Part shown: in pieces, positions 1-11,896 of the stretch | Layout: each line of letters starts with the position of its first letter | Numbering within the stretch: the first letter of the stretch is position 1 | Assembly (NCBI GenBank): GCA_963578825.1 | Contig: CAUZDW010000007.1 | Location: 28,449 to 92,448 of the forward strand | Length of the DNA stretch: 64,000 bases | Reading direction: 5' to 3' | From: Vicinamibacteria bacterium | GTDB taxonomy: Bacteria > Acidobacteriota > Vicinamibacteria > Fen-336 | Notes under the pieces: model-generated | What the model was told of the DNA's origin: nothing | Database searches by the model: none | What the model saw: only the letters and a program-made list of their open reading frames with translations | Program-made: the position numbers and the translations under genes

Positions 1-1
1 C

Positions 2-685
2 CGGTACCTCGAGGCGGACATCCCCTTCATCGCCGTCGATATCCCCCACCCGGGCGCGACCTACTACGGAGCGAACAACTACCAGGCGGGTCTCCTGGCC
101 GGACGTCATCTCGGGCAATGGGCCCGAAGACGCTGGCACGGTCAGGTCGACGAGGTGCTGCTGCTCGAGCTCGCCAGGGCCGGATCGCTCGTGCATGCCC
201 GGATGAGCGGCGCGCTCACCGGGCTCAAGGAGACCCTGCGCGAGGCGATCGACTCCTGCCAGGTCGTCTCGCTGGACGCCGACGGTCAGTTCAAGACCGC
301 TCTCGAGAAGGTGCGCCGGCACCTCCGCGAGTCCAGGGCCGAGCACGTTCTGGTCAGCGCCGCGAACGATTCGAGCGCCCTCGGCGCGGCCCGGGCCTTC
401 CAGGAGGCCGGCAGGGCGGGGACGTGCGCGATCGTCGGCCTCAACGCCGAGCCCGACGCGCGGGCAGAGCTCCGAGAGCCCCGGACACCCCTCATCGCAT
501 CGGTGACCTTCTTCCCGGAGCGATACGGCGACGGCCTGATCCAGCTGGCGTCCGACATCCTCGGGCACCGTCAGACCGCGCCCGCCCTCTTTGTCCGTCA
601 CCAGGTGATCACGTCCGAGAACGTGGACCACTACTACCCGAACGACATCCTGCTCGGGCAATTGTCGGCGGCCGACACCGCCTGA
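2..685 (+). CDS. Periplasmic-binding-protein-like sugar-binding domain protein (LacI/RbsB fold; possibly the C-terminus of a regulator), 5'-partial
   Basis: Frame is open from the window edge: RYLEADIPFIAVDIPHPGATYYGANNYQAGLLAGRHLG...VSAANDSSALGAARA...FFPERYG, typical of the sugar-binding fold. Confidence 0.75.
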   Translation, partial: RYLEADIPFIAVDIPHPGATYYGANNYQAGLLAGRHLGQWARRRWHGQVDEVLLLELARAGSLVHARMSGALTGLKETLREAIDSCQVVSLDADGQFKTALEKVRRHLRESRAEHVLVSAANDSSALGAARAFQEAGRAGTCAIVGLNAEPDARAELREPRTPLIASVTFFPERYGDGLIQLASDILGHRQTAPALFVRHQVITSENVDHYYPNDILLGQLSAADTA

Positions 686-1258
686 CCGCTGCCCGGGACC
701 GGTTCGTCGCCGCTCTCCGAGGTCGGTGCGAGGGGCCGCCGGCCTGCGCGACCAGACTCCGAAGTTGTCCCGAGCCGCCGTCGGGCGTTGCGCAGAGCAG
801 AACGCCACGGCGCCGCTCAGAAGAAGGCGCCGCTCCTCCAGGGGCGGAAAGGGCCTCCTAAGCTTCACACCCCATAGGGCTACGCGAGGCTGCCGCCGTC
901 CCGATGTCGTTTCGTCACAGAGAACTTCGAGCAGAGAGCGGAAGGCACTTGACCCTCGCCCGAAGCTGATCAAGAGTGCCCGGCAAACGCCCGGCGAGGG
1001 AGGTCACTGAGGTTCTCCACACCGGGAATTTGGATGACAATCCAGAAGAATGGTGTGAGGGGATGGCTTGAAGCGTCCGATAAGGATCAGGACGCTGAGT
1101 TCATCCCAAAAGGCATTGCATTCATACGGCCCGGTGAGAGACGGTAACCAAGAGCAAGCGCTGGCTTTACCCGGTCATGCTGTCATGCGCCTGCACGCCG
1201 TGCCATCCACAGGGGTGAAGATTGGTTGAACGGCCCCTATGGCACGATTTATGCATAA

Positions 1259-2617
1259 TTTTGTCAACGCTATAAGCAAAACGAAGACGCGGAAGGCTCG
1301 ACCTCGAGCGCACCGCTCGCCGCCTCTCTCTTCTCCCTTCTCGATCACCCGGACCGCTTCGTCCGCTACGCCGCCCGCCTGGCGTTGGTGAGGATGGAGC
1401 CCACGACGTGGGTCGGAAGCGTGTCGGACGACGATGTCCGGGCGCATCCGCGTCGAGCATTGGCGGGTCTGCTGGCCCTGATCCACTCCCAGAGCACACC
1501 CGAGGAGACCGAGATCGTCTTCGAGAAGCTCGACGAATACAGCCAGGCGGCCATGGACGACGAGACATTGCTCGGCTACCTCCGGGTCCTCCAGCTGGCC
1601 CTGATTCGCGATCCCGCGCCGGACGCGCGCCAGGCCTTCGTCGCCCGGGTCGGCCCGCGTCTTTTTTCGAAGTTCCCGGTCGCGGACAAGCGGATCAACC
1701 GCGAGCTTCAAGTCGTGCTGGCCCACGCCCAGACTCCTGGCGTCATCGATGCCCTCCTCGACTACCTGGATCCCGAGGGGTCGCAGGAGGAGCAGATCCA
1801 CACCGTGTACGCCCTGCGAGCTGTCAGCGAGGGATGGACGGCGGATCAGCGCCGTCGGGCGATGGTGTGGTTCGAGCACGCCTGGTCGCTCCGGGGCGCT
1901 GCCAGCATGGAGGGGTACGTCACGTTCCTGTGGGAGTCGATGCTGGAACGGCTCACGGACGAGGAGCGTCGCAGCGCCCGGGCACGGCGGGGAAAGGCAC
2001 TCTTCGAGGCGGCCGAGCGTGCCATGGCGCTGGCCGCTCCGGTCGCGGGCGACGGCGAGGATGAGGGAGAGGATGAGGGCCGCCGCGACAGCCTCGCCCA
2101 GATGAGCTTCGACGAGTTGAGCGAGTACCTCGAGTACGATCCCATGGCCTATTCGAGAGGCGACGCCGCGAACGGACGAAGAGTCTTCCATCGCGCGCGG
2201 TGCGTCGCGTGCCACGTCTTTGGCACCGAAGGGCGTGGGGGAGGCCCCGACCTCTCCACGGTCGTGACCCGGTTCCGCCGGCGCGAGATCCTCGAATCCG
2301 TCATGTATCCCTCGAAGGTGATCTCGGACCAGTACTCGGCCGTGTGGGTCGACGTCCGCGACGAGGATGTCGTCATCGGGATGCTCGCCGACGAGACCGA
2401 CTCGATGCTCACGCTCATCGACGCCACCGGCCAGCGCATCGACATACCGAAGCGGGACATCGTCGAGCGACGTCCGTCGAGTGTCTCGATCATGCCGGAA
2501 GGCCTGCTGGACGTGATGTCACTCTCGGATCTCGTCGATCTCATCACCTTCCTGGAGCGGGGCGCGGACGGAATCTCGGAAGACGCCGTCGCTGGTGCGG
2601 AAGCCGGCGGTCGATGA
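1259..2617 (+). CDS. HEAT-repeat + c-type heme (CxxCH) protein, PVC-type heme-binding family; appears 5'-truncated
   Basis: RARCVACHVF heme motif followed by GPDLSTV...ILESVMYPSKVI and IMPEGL. The frame is open back to the stop at 1256-1258 with LDHPDRFVRYAARLAL upstream of the called start. Family members usually carry an N-terminal dehydrogenase domain that is absent here. Confidence 0.7.
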   Translation, partial: FCQRYKQNEDAEGSTSSAPLAASLFSLLDHPDRFVRYAARLALVRMEPTTWVGSVSDDDVRAHPRRALAGLLALIHSQSTPEETEIVFEKLDEYSQAAMDDETLLGYLRVLQLALIRDPAPDARQAFVARVGPRLFSKFPVADKRINRELQVVLAHAQTPGVIDALLDYLDPEGSQEEQIHTVYALRAVSEGWTADQRRRAMVWFEHAWSLRGAASMEGYVTFLWESMLERLTDEERRSARARRGKALFEAAERAMALAAPVAGDGEDEGEDEGRRDSLAQMSFDELSEYLEYDPMAYSRGDAANGRRVFHRARCVACHVFGTEGRGGGPDLSTVVTRFRRREILESVMYPSKVISDQYSAVWVDVRDEDVVIGMLADETDSMLTLIDATGQRIDIPKRDIVERRPSSVSIMPEGLLDVMSLSDLVDLITFLERGADGISEDAVAGAEAGGR

Positions 2618-2648
2618 CGCATTTCGAAGTGCAAGCGAGGACAGTGCG

Positions 2649-3703
2649 ATGAGCGAAGCCAAATCCCATGAGTTTCCGAAGCTCCACAATGCCATTTGGT
2701 CCGGCGTGGTCGGGAAGGGGCCCGACTCCGAACCTCCCATAGAGCTCGACAAGATGCTCGATCTGACTGCGGCCGCCGAGGTGGACGGGGTCCACTTCGA
2801 CGGCGTGGACCTGATGCAGGTCGCACCCCACGTCGACATCGACGCCTCCGACGACGATCTGAAGCGTGTGGTCGAGAAGGTCCAGTCCCGAAACCTGGTC
2901 ATCGGCACGCTGGCAGCGCCGGTGTGGCCGCCCGCTGGAGGCGGGTCGGCGATGGGAAGCGCGGACGACCGCAAGCGCTTCCTGGAGCAGGTGCGAAAAG
3001 GCTGCCAGATGGCCAAGCGGTTCACCGAGCTCGGCGTGCGGCCCGACGGCGTTGTGCGGATCGACTCAGCGGTCGATCCGGACACCTGGTCGCAGGACCC
3101 TGGGGGAAACACGAAGAAGATCGCCGCCACGTTCCGGGAAGCCTGCACGATCGCGGCGGATCACGGCGAGCGGCTGGCCGCCGAGGGTGAGATCTGCTGG
3201 GGCGGCATGCACGGCTGGAAGAAGATGGTCGAGCTGCTGGAGCAGGTGGATCGAAAGGACGTCCTCGGCTTCCACGCCGACATGGCTCACACGCTTCTCT
3301 ACACCCTGGGTTACAACGCGCCGGAGGACCGCATCCTCCCGGAGGACTGGAGCTGGGACGATCCCGAAGAGCTCGATCGGGCCCTGGCGACGCTGACGAA
3401 GTCCCTGCGTCCGTGGACCAACGCTCTCGATGTGGCTCAGAACGACGCCACGGTCAAGGGCTCCGGCTCACACGACAAGACCGGTCGCCACTGTCAGCCC
3501 AACGATCCCAACGGCAAGCTCGACATCCCGAAACACTCCGGCCACTGGCTGCGCAACGAGGACGGGGAGCTGACCAAGGCGTTTCGCCACATCCGCTGGG
3601 ACGGCTGCATGTTCTCGAACGACGTGTTGACGAACGGCGAGACCTGGAACGAGATCCTGGCGGCCATGATCTCCGTGCGCGACTTCCACGGATGGAGCGA
3701 CGC

Positions 3704-3707
<4 letters not shown>
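2649..3707 (+). CDS. Sugar phosphate isomerase/epimerase (xylose-isomerase-like TIM barrel)
   Basis: [27 protein letters not shown] and WDGCMF motifs; ATGA overlap with the next gene. Confidence 0.8.
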
Positions 3708-4849
<1,142 letters not shown>

Positions 4850-4957
4850 CGCTCACCAGACGCTGACGTCGGGCGCCTGGGGGCCGCCAGAATCGGGGCT
4901 CGTCAGTATATGGTAGCGTCTGCGCCACCGGCGTCATCCCCAGAGTGAGGAGTTGTC

Positions 4958-6181
4958 ATGAGCGAGACGAGTCTCATCCACCGTGCCCTCGAGCAGGGGA
5001 AAGGCATCCTGCGCCTCGCCCCGAACTGGGTTCCGCGGTCTTTCTGCATTCCCGGACGGCGAATCAAGCTCCACCCGGACGACTACTACGCCCTGGGCGG
5101 AGAGCGGGGTGGCATCGACGAGCGCTGGTTCTCATCGACCACCCCGGCGGACAACGGGCCGCTCACCGGTGAGATCGAGGGGCTGAGCGAGGTCGTTTTC
5201 CAGGACAACGGTCAGCCCCAGCGTTTCCTCCTCCGAGATGCGGTGTCCGAGCTCAAGGGGGAGCTCCTCGGGGATCGAATCTGGGACGCCCACGAGAGCT
5301 GGCCGATGTACTCGAAGTTCTTCGACAACCTTGGGGCCCTGCCTTACCACATCCACCACCGCGACGGGCACGCGGCCCTCACCGGGCAGAAGGGCAAACC
5401 CGAGGCCTACTACTTCCCACCCCAGGTCAACAACCACGGTGGAGACTACCCGTACACCTTCTTTGGTCTCACGCCCGGCACCGCCCAGGACGAGGTGCAC
5501 GCCAGCCTCGAGAACTTCACGAAGGGCGACAACAAGATCACCAACCTCTCCCAGGCCCACCGCCTCGAGCCGGGCACCGGGTGGGACGTGCCTCCCGGGG
5601 TGCTCCACGCTCCGGGGAGCCTCTGCACCTACGAACCGCAGAAGGCCTCGGATGTCTTTGCCATGTTCCAGTCCCTGGTGGGCAACCAGGTCGTGCCGGA
5701 GGAGCTGCTCTGGAAGAACTGCCCCGAGGACCGCAAGGGTCACATCGACTGGCTGATGGAGCTCATCGACTGGGACAAGAACGTCGATCCCGACTTCAGC
5801 GTGAAGTCGTTCATGCGCCCGCAGCCGGTGCGCCCGCTTGCCGAGATGGAGGCCGAGGGCTACGTCGAGAAGTGGATCTGCTACCGCTCGGAGGCCTTCA
5901 GCGCCAAGGAGCTCACGGTCCAGCCGGGGCGCGAGGTGACCGTGAAGGACGCTGGCGCCTACGGCATGATCATGATGCAGGGCCACGGCACGATGGGAGC
6001 CTGGGACATCGAGACCCCCTCACTCATCCGCTTCGGCCAGCTCACCCACGACGAGTACTTCGTCAGCGAGGCCGCGGCCCAGGAGGGAGTCAAGATCACC
6101 AACCCGTCGGAGACCGACCCGATCGTGATGCTCAAGCACTTCGGTCCCGAGAACCCCGATCTGGCCCTCGGCACCCTTTGA
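4958..6181 (+). CDS. Cupin-fold protein, mannose-6-phosphate isomerase class I-like
   Basis: YHIHH...KPEAYYF and GVLHAPG...YEPQ metal-binding cupin motifs; SD-like GAGGAG upstream. Confidence 0.65.
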   Translation: MSETSLIHRALEQGKGILRLAPNWVPRSFCIPGRRIKLHPDDYYALGGERGGIDERWFSSTTPADNGPLTGEIEGLSEVVFQDNGQPQRFLLRDAVSELKGELLGDRIWDAHESWPMYSKFFDNLGALPYHIHHRDGHAALTGQKGKPEAYYFPPQVNNHGGDYPYTFFGLTPGTAQDEVHASLENFTKGDNKITNLSQAHRLEPGTGWDVPPGVLHAPGSLCTYEPQKASDVFAMFQSLVGNQVVPEELLWKNCPEDRKGHIDWLMELIDWDKNVDPDFSVKSFMRPQPVRPLAEMEAEGYVEKWICYRSEAFSAKELTVQPGREVTVKDAGAYGMIMMQGHGTMGAWDIETPSLIRFGQLTHDEYFVSEAAAQEGVKITNPSETDPIVMLKHFGPENPDLALGTL

Positions 6182-6195
6182 GGGATGGGGTCGGC

Positions 6196-8145
6196 TCATT
6201 CTGGCGATTCGGCGGCTTCGACTTGTCGGCTGAGCCTCCGGAATCTCCAGCTGAGCTCCTGCTCGTCGGCCAGCGCTGAGGCGTCCGGCAGGACCTTCTT
6301 GACCGCCGCGTGCTCTCCGGCCCTGACCAGGGGCGAACCCATGGACAGGAGGGCGTAGCGGGCCTCGGTCTCCACCTCCGCGTCCTTCAAGTAGGGCTCG
6401 AGCAGGTGAAGGCTGCCGAGGGTGTGAACTCGCGCGAGGCCGGAGATGAGCTGGCGTTTCTCCTGGACCGTGTCGACCGCGGCGTTTGCGCCTCCGAACC
6501 ACGCCACCAGGACGTCGTCCGGACGCTGCTTGTGATCGGCGGCGGTCGTCGTCAGCTGGATCACCGCCGACACCGCGCGGTGCTGGACCTGTGAGCCCGC
6601 GCCGCTTTCGACGATGGGGAGGAGTGCTTCGATGGGTGCGGGATCCGGCCATCGGCTCAGATGCGTGATGGTGGCGGCCACCACCTCCTGGTCCTCGGCC
6701 TCGAGGCCCTCGAGGATGACGGGGAGGGCCTTGGGGTAGCCGGTGGCGGTGAGTACGCGGGTCCAGGTGTCCTTCTCGGAGGCGTCGGAAGCCTGTTTCA
6801 GCTCGGCCAGGACCAGCGCCCCCGATGGGGCATCCTCACCGCAGGCACTGACCAGCGCATTGACGACGGCCATCTTCTCCGAACCGTCCTGCTTCGTCCT
6901 GGCCAGGGCGATGAGCGGTGCCACTTCTTCCGGACCGACCAGGCGCCTCATGGAGCGCAGGGCCGCAACCCGGACCCTGGGGTCTTCGTCCCGGGCCTGC
7001 TCGAGCAGATCAGCGGTGGCACTCGGGGCCCGTCGGTTCCCCAAGACACGGATCACGTCGATTCGCCCTTCCGCCGTCTCCGTGGTCCGAAGGCGTTCCA
7101 GAACCACGCGGTCCACGTCCTGCCCGCCTTCCATTCGCGTGAGCAGCTCCATGGCCGTTCTCTTCTCTTCAGGCGACCGGCTCTCCTGCACCACGTCGAG
7201 CACCGTCGCGGCCAGCTCGGAGCCACTGCCCACCGTGCTCACCACATCCAGGGCCGCCATGCGGATTGCCTGGGTGTCGCCGGCGAGCTGCGAACGGACG
7301 ACCCCGAACGAGTCGTCGTTGTGGCAATCACCGAGCGCGGTGATCAGCTGAACCCGGAGGTCCGGCCCCGCCGACGCCAGTTGGCGGTGCAGGGCATCGG
7401 CCAGCTCGGCGGAAGGCATCGCGCGAATGGTCGTCAGCGCCACGGCACGAATGGCGGCGTCGTCCGAACCAAGCTGCTCCATGAGAAACGACGCCGAGTT
7501 GCGCGTGACGATGGCGCCATGCGTCGCTCCCAGGCGAGCGGCCCGGGGAACGTCTGCGGCCCTCACCGCGTCGTAGAGAGCGATGGCAACGTCCGTGTGG
7601 CCTCGGGCTCGTTGTCGCTCGGCCGCGAGCAGGCAGGCCGAGGCCGCATCCTCGCCTCCTGAAGCCAGCGACGCCTTCACGACCCTGACGGCCTCCGCGT
7701 TCGCCACACGGCCCAACGCCCGCAGAGCGGCTCCGCTCACGGTGGCGTCGTCATGCCGGGCGAGCTTCTCCAGCGCCCCGACCGCCTCTTCGTCGCGAAG
7801 CGCGCCCAGCGAGTTGATCACACCGACCAGGGGCTCTCCATCGGTCGTCTCGAGAGCCGATCGCAGGGCGGCGGAGGCGCTCGGATCCGTGATGCGCTCG
7901 AGCCCCGCTCGAGCGTAGGCGCTGAGAACCTCGTGCTCGAGCAGGCTCGCCAAGGCGGGCACCGCTTCACTTGTGCCGAACTCGCCCAGCTTTCGACAAG
8001 CGATCGCTTTCTCCTCCACGGAGGCATCGGAGTCGAGAACTCGGACGAGCTCCTGAGTGGTTTCCCGGGCCCCGAACGTCGCCGCCGGGAGGATCAGCCC
8101 AAGGCCGACGCTCAGGCTCAGGGTCAGGAGGATTTCTTTCTTCAT
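6196..8145 (-). CDS. Secreted HEAT-repeat domain protein
   Basis: MKKEILL signal peptide from ATG 8145; repeated helical units such as AVPALASLL, EAVGALEKL, ALPVILEGL. Confidence 0.75.
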   Translation of the reverse strand: MKKEILLTLSLSVGLGLILPAATFGARETTQELVRVLDSDASVEEKAIACRKLGEFGTSEAVPALASLLEHEVLSAYARAGLERITDPSASAALRSALETTDGEPLVGVINSLGALRDEEAVGALEKLARHDDATVSGAALRALGRVANAEAVRVVKASLASGGEDAASACLLAAERQRARGHTDVAIALYDAVRAADVPRAARLGATHGAIVTRNSASFLMEQLGSDDAAIRAVALTTIRAMPSAELADALHRQLASAGPDLRVQLITALGDCHNDDSFGVVRSQLAGDTQAIRMAALDVVSTVGSGSELAATVLDVVQESRSPEEKRTAMELLTRMEGGQDVDRVVLERLRTTETAEGRIDVIRVLGNRRAPSATADLLEQARDEDPRVRVAALRSMRRLVGPEEVAPLIALARTKQDGSEKMAVVNALVSACGEDAPSGALVLAELKQASDASEKDTWTRVLTATGYPKALPVILEGLEAEDQEVVAATITHLSRWPDPAPIEALLPIVESGAGSQVQHRAVSAVIQLTTTAADHKQRPDDVLVAWFGGANAAVDTVQEKRQLISGLARVHTLGSLHLLEPYLKDAEVETEARYALLSMGSPLVRAGEHAAVKKVLPDASALADEQELSWRFRRLSRQVEAAESPE

Positions 8146-8197
8146 GGCGATTGCTCGGGAAGAGCTCCTTGGGTCTGTGGGTTTCGGGTTCAGGTCG

Positions 8198-9553
8198 CTA
8201 GACATCGAAGGACCAGGGTGGACGCGTGGCACGGCGGATGCGGCGATTGGCGTCCTTGTCATTGACGAACGTCTCGCTGACCGGGTCGAAGGTCACCTTC
8301 CGCTCCAGCTCCCAGGCGAGTTCGGCCGCGAAACAGGAGATGTGGGACCGGCGCATGACATCCTCGTTGCAGGCCGTTCGGGCCCGGGACTTGACGCAAT
8401 CGAAGAAGTTCCGCCCGTGTCCCTTGGCGCTGGTGCCGGGCTTGACGAACTGTCTTCCCAGTGACTTGACCAGGTTTGGTGAGAGGAGGACCTCGCCGCT
8501 GTCACCTGTTTCGACCCAACCTTCGTCGCCTTCGTAGCGAACGGGGCAGGTTCCGGTGGACGTTGTGTAGTGCGGAGAGCGATCGCCGAACGGCGTGGGG
8601 AGGAAGTCGCAGATCACCTTGACGCCGTTGGCGTAGAGTCCCGTGATCGCCTTCTCGTCGGCGACCCACTCGATGGGCGTGGTGTCGTCCGACTGGTTGG
8701 CCCACTGACAGAGATCCACGGTGTGCGCGCCCCAATCCGTGAAGTTGGCAGCGGCCTCGAAGTCGTAGTGGCCGCGCCAGCCCGTGACGTACTCGTGGTT
8801 GTAGGGGCGCCGGGGGCACGGTCCCAGCCAGCGGTCCCAGTCGAGCTCCTCGATCGGAGGCTCCGGCTCCGCCGGGAGCCACTTATAGCTCCGACTCGGT
8901 GTGTAGACCGCGGCGTGGAGGGCGTGGAGGTTGCCGAGCTTCCCGCTGTGGGCCAGGTATGCGGCGTATTGGAAGTTGGCCAGGCTGCGCCGCTGGGTCC
9001 CGACCTGGAACACCCGCCCGTAGCGATGAGCGGCGTCGGCCAGGGCCTGGGCCTCGGCGATCGTCATCGCGCAGGGTTTCTCGCTATAGACGTCCTTGCC
9101 CGCCTTCATCGACAGGATCGAGGCCAGGGCGTGCCAGCGATCTCCGGTCGCGATCAGAACGGCGTCGATGTCCGGGCGATCGAGCATCTCGAAGAAGTCC
9201 CGATACATGACGCAGTCGTCGTTCCCGTAGTGCTCGTCGGCCATCTTCTTGATGGCCTCCCGCTGGGTGCGCCGCACATCGCAGATGGCGACGAACTGCA
9301 CGTCCTTCTCCGGGAGCATCACGGTGAGGTCGTAGGTACCTCGCGAGCCGAGACCGATGGCGCCCAGGACGATTCGTTCACTGGGTGCGACCGCACCGTC
9401 GCGGCCCAGGGCCGAGGCGGGGATGATCTGCGGGAAGACCAGGCCGCCGGCGGCGACGAGGGACTGGCCCAGGAAGGCCCGCCGGGTCGGCCGGGAGCTC
9501 GAATCCGAATGGGGGTTGAGGGGGCCGTCGGTCACCTTGGATTTCGTTGACAT
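8198..9553 (-). CDS. Tat-exported Gfo/Idh/MocA oxidoreductase
   Basis: TRRAFL twin-arginine motif, LGAIGLGSRG, YSEKP, QVGTQRRS, DWDRWLGP, DWGAHTVD. Confidence 0.9.
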   Translation of the reverse strand: MSTKSKVTDGPLNPHSDSSSRPTRRAFLGQSLVAAGGLVFPQIIPASALGRDGAVAPSERIVLGAIGLGSRGTYDLTVMLPEKDVQFVAICDVRRTQREAIKKMADEHYGNDDCVMYRDFFEMLDRPDIDAVLIATGDRWHALASILSMKAGKDVYSEKPCAMTIAEAQALADAAHRYGRVFQVGTQRRSLANFQYAAYLAHSGKLGNLHALHAAVYTPSRSYKWLPAEPEPPIEELDWDRWLGPCPRRPYNHEYVTGWRGHYDFEAAANFTDWGAHTVDLCQWANQSDDTTPIEWVADEKAITGLYANGVKVICDFLPTPFGDRSPHYTTSTGTCPVRYEGDEGWVETGDSGEVLLSPNLVKSLGRQFVKPGTSAKGHGRNFFDCVKSRARTACNEDVMRRSHISCFAAELAWELERKVTFDPVSETFVNDKDANRRIRRATRPPWSFDV

Positions 9554-9756
9554 CTTCGCTTTATCTCCCTGATTGACCGATCTCGGTGGGGCGCGTCACG
9601 GGTCGACGCTCCTCAACTCTCGCCGCGTTCGGCCGCCGGGCTCGCTCCCAGGCGAACAGCGGCACATTACGCCCTCCGTGAGGGATACGTCAATGGTTCT
9701 CTCAGCGGCTGCGGCGCGCATGGCTCCTCGGCCACCAGGCCCTCGAGCCTCGCCCC

Positions 9757-10572
9757 TCAGTTCCCTCCGCCCACGAGCCGAGACCGCCGGAGCTTCTCGT
9801 CGGGGCGGTCCACCAGCGAACGGACCTCTTCGGGGCTCAGCGTCTCGATCCCGCCGGCGCCGAGGGCTACGAGGCGCACGCCCGCGGCCTTGACGGCCAT
9901 GGTCGTGACCGCCAGCACCTCGGCCGACGTCGACCCCAGGGCGATCAGGCCGTGGTTCTCCAGAAGGACCGTTCGAGGGGTCTCCCCGTGGCGCTCCACG
10001 TGCTCGGCCAGGACGTCGTCCACAGCGCGGGCGAGAGGCAGCCCCGGCGAGGCATAGGGGACGTACGCAAAGACGGGCCCGCAGACCACCGCCTCGTCGG
10101 GGAAGAGCGGCCTCTCGAAGAGCCGCGCCGCCCCCGGCGTGCAGAGGAGCCCGAGGAGCGAGATCGGGTGCGTGTGCCCGATGAAGGTGACCCCGGTGCG
10201 GTCCAGGACCACGGCGTGCATGAGGGTCTCGATGGAGGGGCGCGCGGGGCCGGGTCGTTTGCAAGCGCGGACGAGGAGCTCGCGCACCTCCCTCATGCCC
10301 GCGTCGCGGGGGGCCGAGCGCACGAAATCGAGAAGCGGGGGGATGGCCGCCTCGACGATCTCGCGGTCCTCCGTCGTGGGAAGCGCCGAGCCGCTGGCGG
10401 TGACGAGCAGGGTCTCGTCCCCGTGGCGGACCGCCGCGTTGCCCTCGGACAGCACCACGAGTTCGCGGGCCGGGTCGCCCAGCGCGCGGGCGAGCGCGAC
10501 CAGGTCAGCCCGGCTGGCCGTCCTCGTGCTCGCCCTCGAGCCGTCTACGGCATTCGGTCCTAAATCGCTCAT
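9757..10572 (-). CDS. Class II aldolase/adducin family protein
   Basis: SEGN, PSIETLMH, FIGHTHP, LLENHG zinc-binding motifs. Confidence 0.85.
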   Translation of the reverse strand: MSDLGPNAVDGSRASTRTASRADLVALARALGDPARELVVLSEGNAAVRHGDETLLVTASGSALPTTEDREIVEAAIPPLLDFVRSAPRDAGMREVRELLVRACKRPGPARPSIETLMHAVVLDRTGVTFIGHTHPISLLGLLCTPGAARLFERPLFPDEAVVCGPVFAYVPYASPGLPLARAVDDVLAEHVERHGETPRTVLLENHGLIALGSTSAEVLAVTTMAVKAAGVRLVALGAGGIETLSPEEVRSLVDRPDEKLRRSRLVGGGN

Positions 10573-11896
10573 AGGCGTCGCTCCATTCTGTGCGGTGCTC
10601 GCTCCGCGGGTCGGCCCCGGTCCCCCACTTCACCATGGCGTCGGCCGCTTCCAGGATACTGGCATGGCGGTTCGCTCCCGCGGCGATGGCCGCTCCGAAG
10701 GCCGAGCCGGGCTCGGCGGGCACGGCGAGCGGGACCTGCATGACGTCGGCGCGCAGCTGCAGCCAGGCGCGGCTGCGCACGGCGCCCCCGGTCGTCGCCA
10801 CCGAGGCGGGGCGGCGGCAGCCGAGACCGCGGAACACGTCGTAGCCCCAGCGCTCGACGAAGGCGACACCGGCCAGGCAGCCGGCGTAGCGCTCGTCCTC
10901 GCTCAGCCCCTCCGGGGTCGCGAAGGGGACGAACGTGGTGCTGCGGAAGGGGAAGCGCTCCCCGACGATCAGGCTCGGGTACACCACCGCCCTCGGGGGC
11001 CGGTCCGGGAGCCGGGCGTCGAGCGCGGGAAGTCGGGCTTCGTCGAACCACTCCGATACGATCCGGCCGCCGGCATTCGACGCCGCCCCGGGGAACCAGA
11101 CCCCACCGGGCCCGCGATGGCTGTAGACGCCCGCGGCCGCGTCGTCGACGGGCTGTGCGGCCGCACCCTTCCACACGAGGGTCGAGCCGACGACCGTCAC
11201 CCAGCGCTCGGAGCCGGTGTTGCAGGCGCCGCAGGCGAGCTGGGCGGCGACGCCGTCGGTGAGGCCGGCGAAGACCGAGACGCTCTGGCCCAGGCCTAGC
11301 TCGCGGGCGACCTCCGGGCGGACCGGGCCCAGTCGGGACCCCGGAGCGACCACGGGAGGCAGCCGGTCAGGCTCCACGGCGAGGTCGGAGGGCCAGGCGT
11401 CGCGCTTCAGGTCGTAGCCGAACTTCAAGGCCTGGGAGTAGTCGATCGCCGCGAGCTCGCCGGTGAGGCGGCTGGCGAGATAGCCGCCCGGGCTCGTGAA
11501 CAGAGCGGCGGTCCGAGCGACGTCGGGGTGCTCGGCGTTGAGCCAGTCGAGCTTCGCCGCCGCCCAGCTCGCGTCGAAACGTGAGCATCCCGCCGCACGG
11601 GTGTCGGAGTAGAGCCAGGCGTCCGTGACGGGCTGGAAGCGCTCGTCGAGGGCGCAGAGGGTCCCCGAGGTGCACGCCACCGCCAGCCCGGCGACGTTCG
11701 CCCGGCTGTCGGCGAGCTGGCGGATGCAGCTCGCCACCGCCTCCCACCAGTCGCGGGGATCCTGCTCCTGGGCGGGGCCGGGCGCCGGGGCGACGAGGGG
11801 CGCCGCGGTTCGCGCCACCACGTCTCCGGCGGGCGTGGTGCAGACGGCGCGGGCCCCCTGGGTGCCGACGTCGATCCCCAGCAGGAGCTCAGCCAC
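10505..11896 (-). CDS. FGGY-family carbohydrate kinase
   Basis: LLGIDVGTQG, WLYSDTRA, GLTDG, TTGGAVRS..WLQLRADV. Confidence 0.85.
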   Translation of the reverse strand: MAELLLGIDVGTQGARAVCTTPAGDVVARTAAPLVAPAPGPAQEQDPRDWWEAVASCIRQLADSRANVAGLAVACTSGTLCALDERFQPVTDAWLYSDTRAAGCSRFDASWAAAKLDWLNAEHPDVARTAALFTSPGGYLASRLTGELAAIDYSQALKFGYDLKRDAWPSDLAVEPDRLPPVVAPGSRLGPVRPEVARELGLGQSVSVFAGLTDGVAAQLACGACNTGSERWVTVVGSTLVWKGAAAQPVDDAAAGVYSHRGPGGVWFPGAASNAGGRIVSEWFDEARLPALDARLPDRPPRAVVYPSLIVGERFPFRSTTFVPFATPEGLSEDERYAGCLAGVAFVERWGYDVFRGLGCRRPASVATTGGAVRSRAWLQLRADVMQVPLAVPAEPGSAFGAAIAAGANRHASILEAADAMVKWGTGADPRSEHRTEWSDAYERFRTECRRRLEGEHEDGQPG

